From an uncultured Alphaproteobacteria bacterium (GTDB lineage: Bacteria > Pseudomonadota > Alphaproteobacteria > Bin95): a stretch of 62,650 nucleotides of DNA. Shown here in pieces: positions 61,613-62,650 of this stretch. The DNA lies in contig CAXBDI010000005.1 of NCBI GenBank assembly GCA_963974445.1, positions 1 to 62,650 of the forward strand. The letters run 5' to 3'. Numbering within the stretch: position 1 is the stretch's first letter; each line of letters starts with the position of its first letter. Below the pieces are notes generated by a model. That model worked only from the letters and a program-made list of their open reading frames with translations, had not been told where the DNA came from and made no database searches. The position numbers were made by a program, and so were the translations under genes.

Positions 61613-62466
61613 GCCAAGACCTGGACCATCTCAAAGACTGGATCGGCAAGACCGAGGAGATCGAGGACACGGTCACCCAGTTTCAGGTGCACGGCCTACG
61701 CGCGCTATTCGACGACCCGACCGTGCCGAAGGAAGGCGACGCCTGCGGACCGATGGACCACTGGTGCTTTTTCAACCCGCGCGTGCCGAAATCACAGATC
61801 GGCCCCGACGGCCACCCGAAGCGCGGCGGCTTCATGCCGCCAGTGCCGCTGCCGCGCCGCATGTTCGGCGGTTGCCGGGCGACGCACCACCAGCCCTTCA
61901 TCGTCGGCGAGAAAGTGCACCGCAAGAACACCATCTCCGACGTCGTGATCAAGCCGGGCCGCACCGGCACGCTGGTGATCTGCACCGTCACGGTGGAGAT
62001 GAGCGGCCAGAACGGCCTCGCCATTACGGAAGAGCAGGACATCATCTACCGCGACAACCCGCCGGCAGATGCCAAGGACGGCGCGGTCGGCAAGACCAAC
62101 CCGGCGCCTTCCGACCACGACTACATCCGCACGATCGAGCCGGACCTGGTCTCCATGTTCCGCTACAGCGCCGTGACCTTCAACGGCCACCGCATCCACT
62201 ATGACCGCAAATACGTGACCGAGGTCGAAGGCTATCCGGGCCTGATCGTGCACGGGCCGCTGACCGCCAGCTATATGTTGTATCAATCGATGGAGCAGAA
62301 CCCCGGCAAGACCGTGAAACAGTTCGACTTCCAGGCGCGCGCGCCGCTGTTCGACATCGCGCCGTTTCAGGTGGCCGGCAAGGCGAACGCCGACGGCAGC
62401 CACAGCCTCTGGTCGATCACGCCGCAGGGCACGGTCGGCACGCTGGCGACCGTGGCATTTGGGTAA
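61609..62466 (+). CDS. Double hotdog acyl-CoA hydratase (itaconyl-CoA / mesaconyl-C4-CoA hydratase-like)
   Basis: GPDGHPKRGGFMPPVPLPRRMFGG, FRYSAVTFNGHRIHYDRKY...EGYPGLIVHGPL; ATGA-coupled to the CoA-transferase. Confidence 0.88.
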   Translation: MSQDLDHLKDWIGKTEEIEDTVTQFQVHGLRALFDDPTVPKEGDACGPMDHWCFFNPRVPKSQIGPDGHPKRGGFMPPVPLPRRMFGGCRATHHQPFIVGEKVHRKNTISDVVIKPGRTGTLVICTVTVEMSGQNGLAITEEQDIIYRDNPPADAKDGAVGKTNPAPSDHDYIRTIEPDLVSMFRYSAVTFNGHRIHYDRKYVTEVEGYPGLIVHGPLTASYMLYQSMEQNPGKTVKQFDFQARAPLFDIAPFQVAGKANADGSHSLWSITPQGTVGTLATVAFG

Positions 62467-62476
62467 GGTTGCCTGC

Positions 62477-62511
62477 TTGACCTGGTGCGCGAGAGTTCTT
62501 ATCCCGGATAA
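62477..62511 (+). promoter_or_regulatory. Putative promoter with overlapping palindrome
   Basis: TTGACC-N17-TATCCC; TTATCC-C-GGATAA inverted repeat (62499..62511) covers the -10. Confidence 0.35.
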
Positions 62512-62650
62512 CCCATATGGATGCGGTCATTAACTTGGTACGAAACTCGGTTCCTCACATGGAGTCAGTGACTTAAGCGAAACGGAGCGGCGGTTCGCAC
62601 GGTACACGACTCATGCTGATTGGATCAGCGTTATGGGTCTTCGCGGGCAT

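Overview
GC-rich alphaproteobacterial chromosomal segment with about 50 intact CDS. I recognised no tRNA, rRNA, CRISPR array or complete IS/prophage. Core blocks are ntrY-ntrX-trkA-dat-HAD-hfq-hflX, trmFO, class I lysS, a DinG-type helicase with TerB, dnaN-recF-gyrB (no dnaA in front), thrS with GT9/GT4 glycosyltransferases, and an M17 aminopeptidase. Accessory blocks are: a catabolic patch at 13-24.6 kb (cupin, fumarase/ASL-family lyase, acyl-CoA ligase, two ThDP enzymes, acyl-CoA dehydrogenase, MDR, LLM); a five-gene flagellar block (motB-flgE-flgK-flgL-flgI) with CtrA-like boxes; a bifunctional glutathionylspermidine amidase/synthetase; an orphan hydantoinase/oxoprolinase A; and a minimal cobalt-type nitrile-hydratase-like pair with only the C-terminal beta domain. 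Signals the ORF track does not explain are: (i) a 426-bp unit in which a twice-frameshifted GIY-YIG nuclease gene is bracketed by inverted 39-bp palindromic repeats, while several gene-less inverted repeat doublets lie in other intergenic gaps; (ii) small deletion remnants of genes (dgoK with N- and C-termini fused, a hydantoinase B start, an MFS fragment, a frameshifted VOC gene); (iii) a possibly structured non-coding stretch at the right edge. All calls come from motif recognition by eye; no searches were run.
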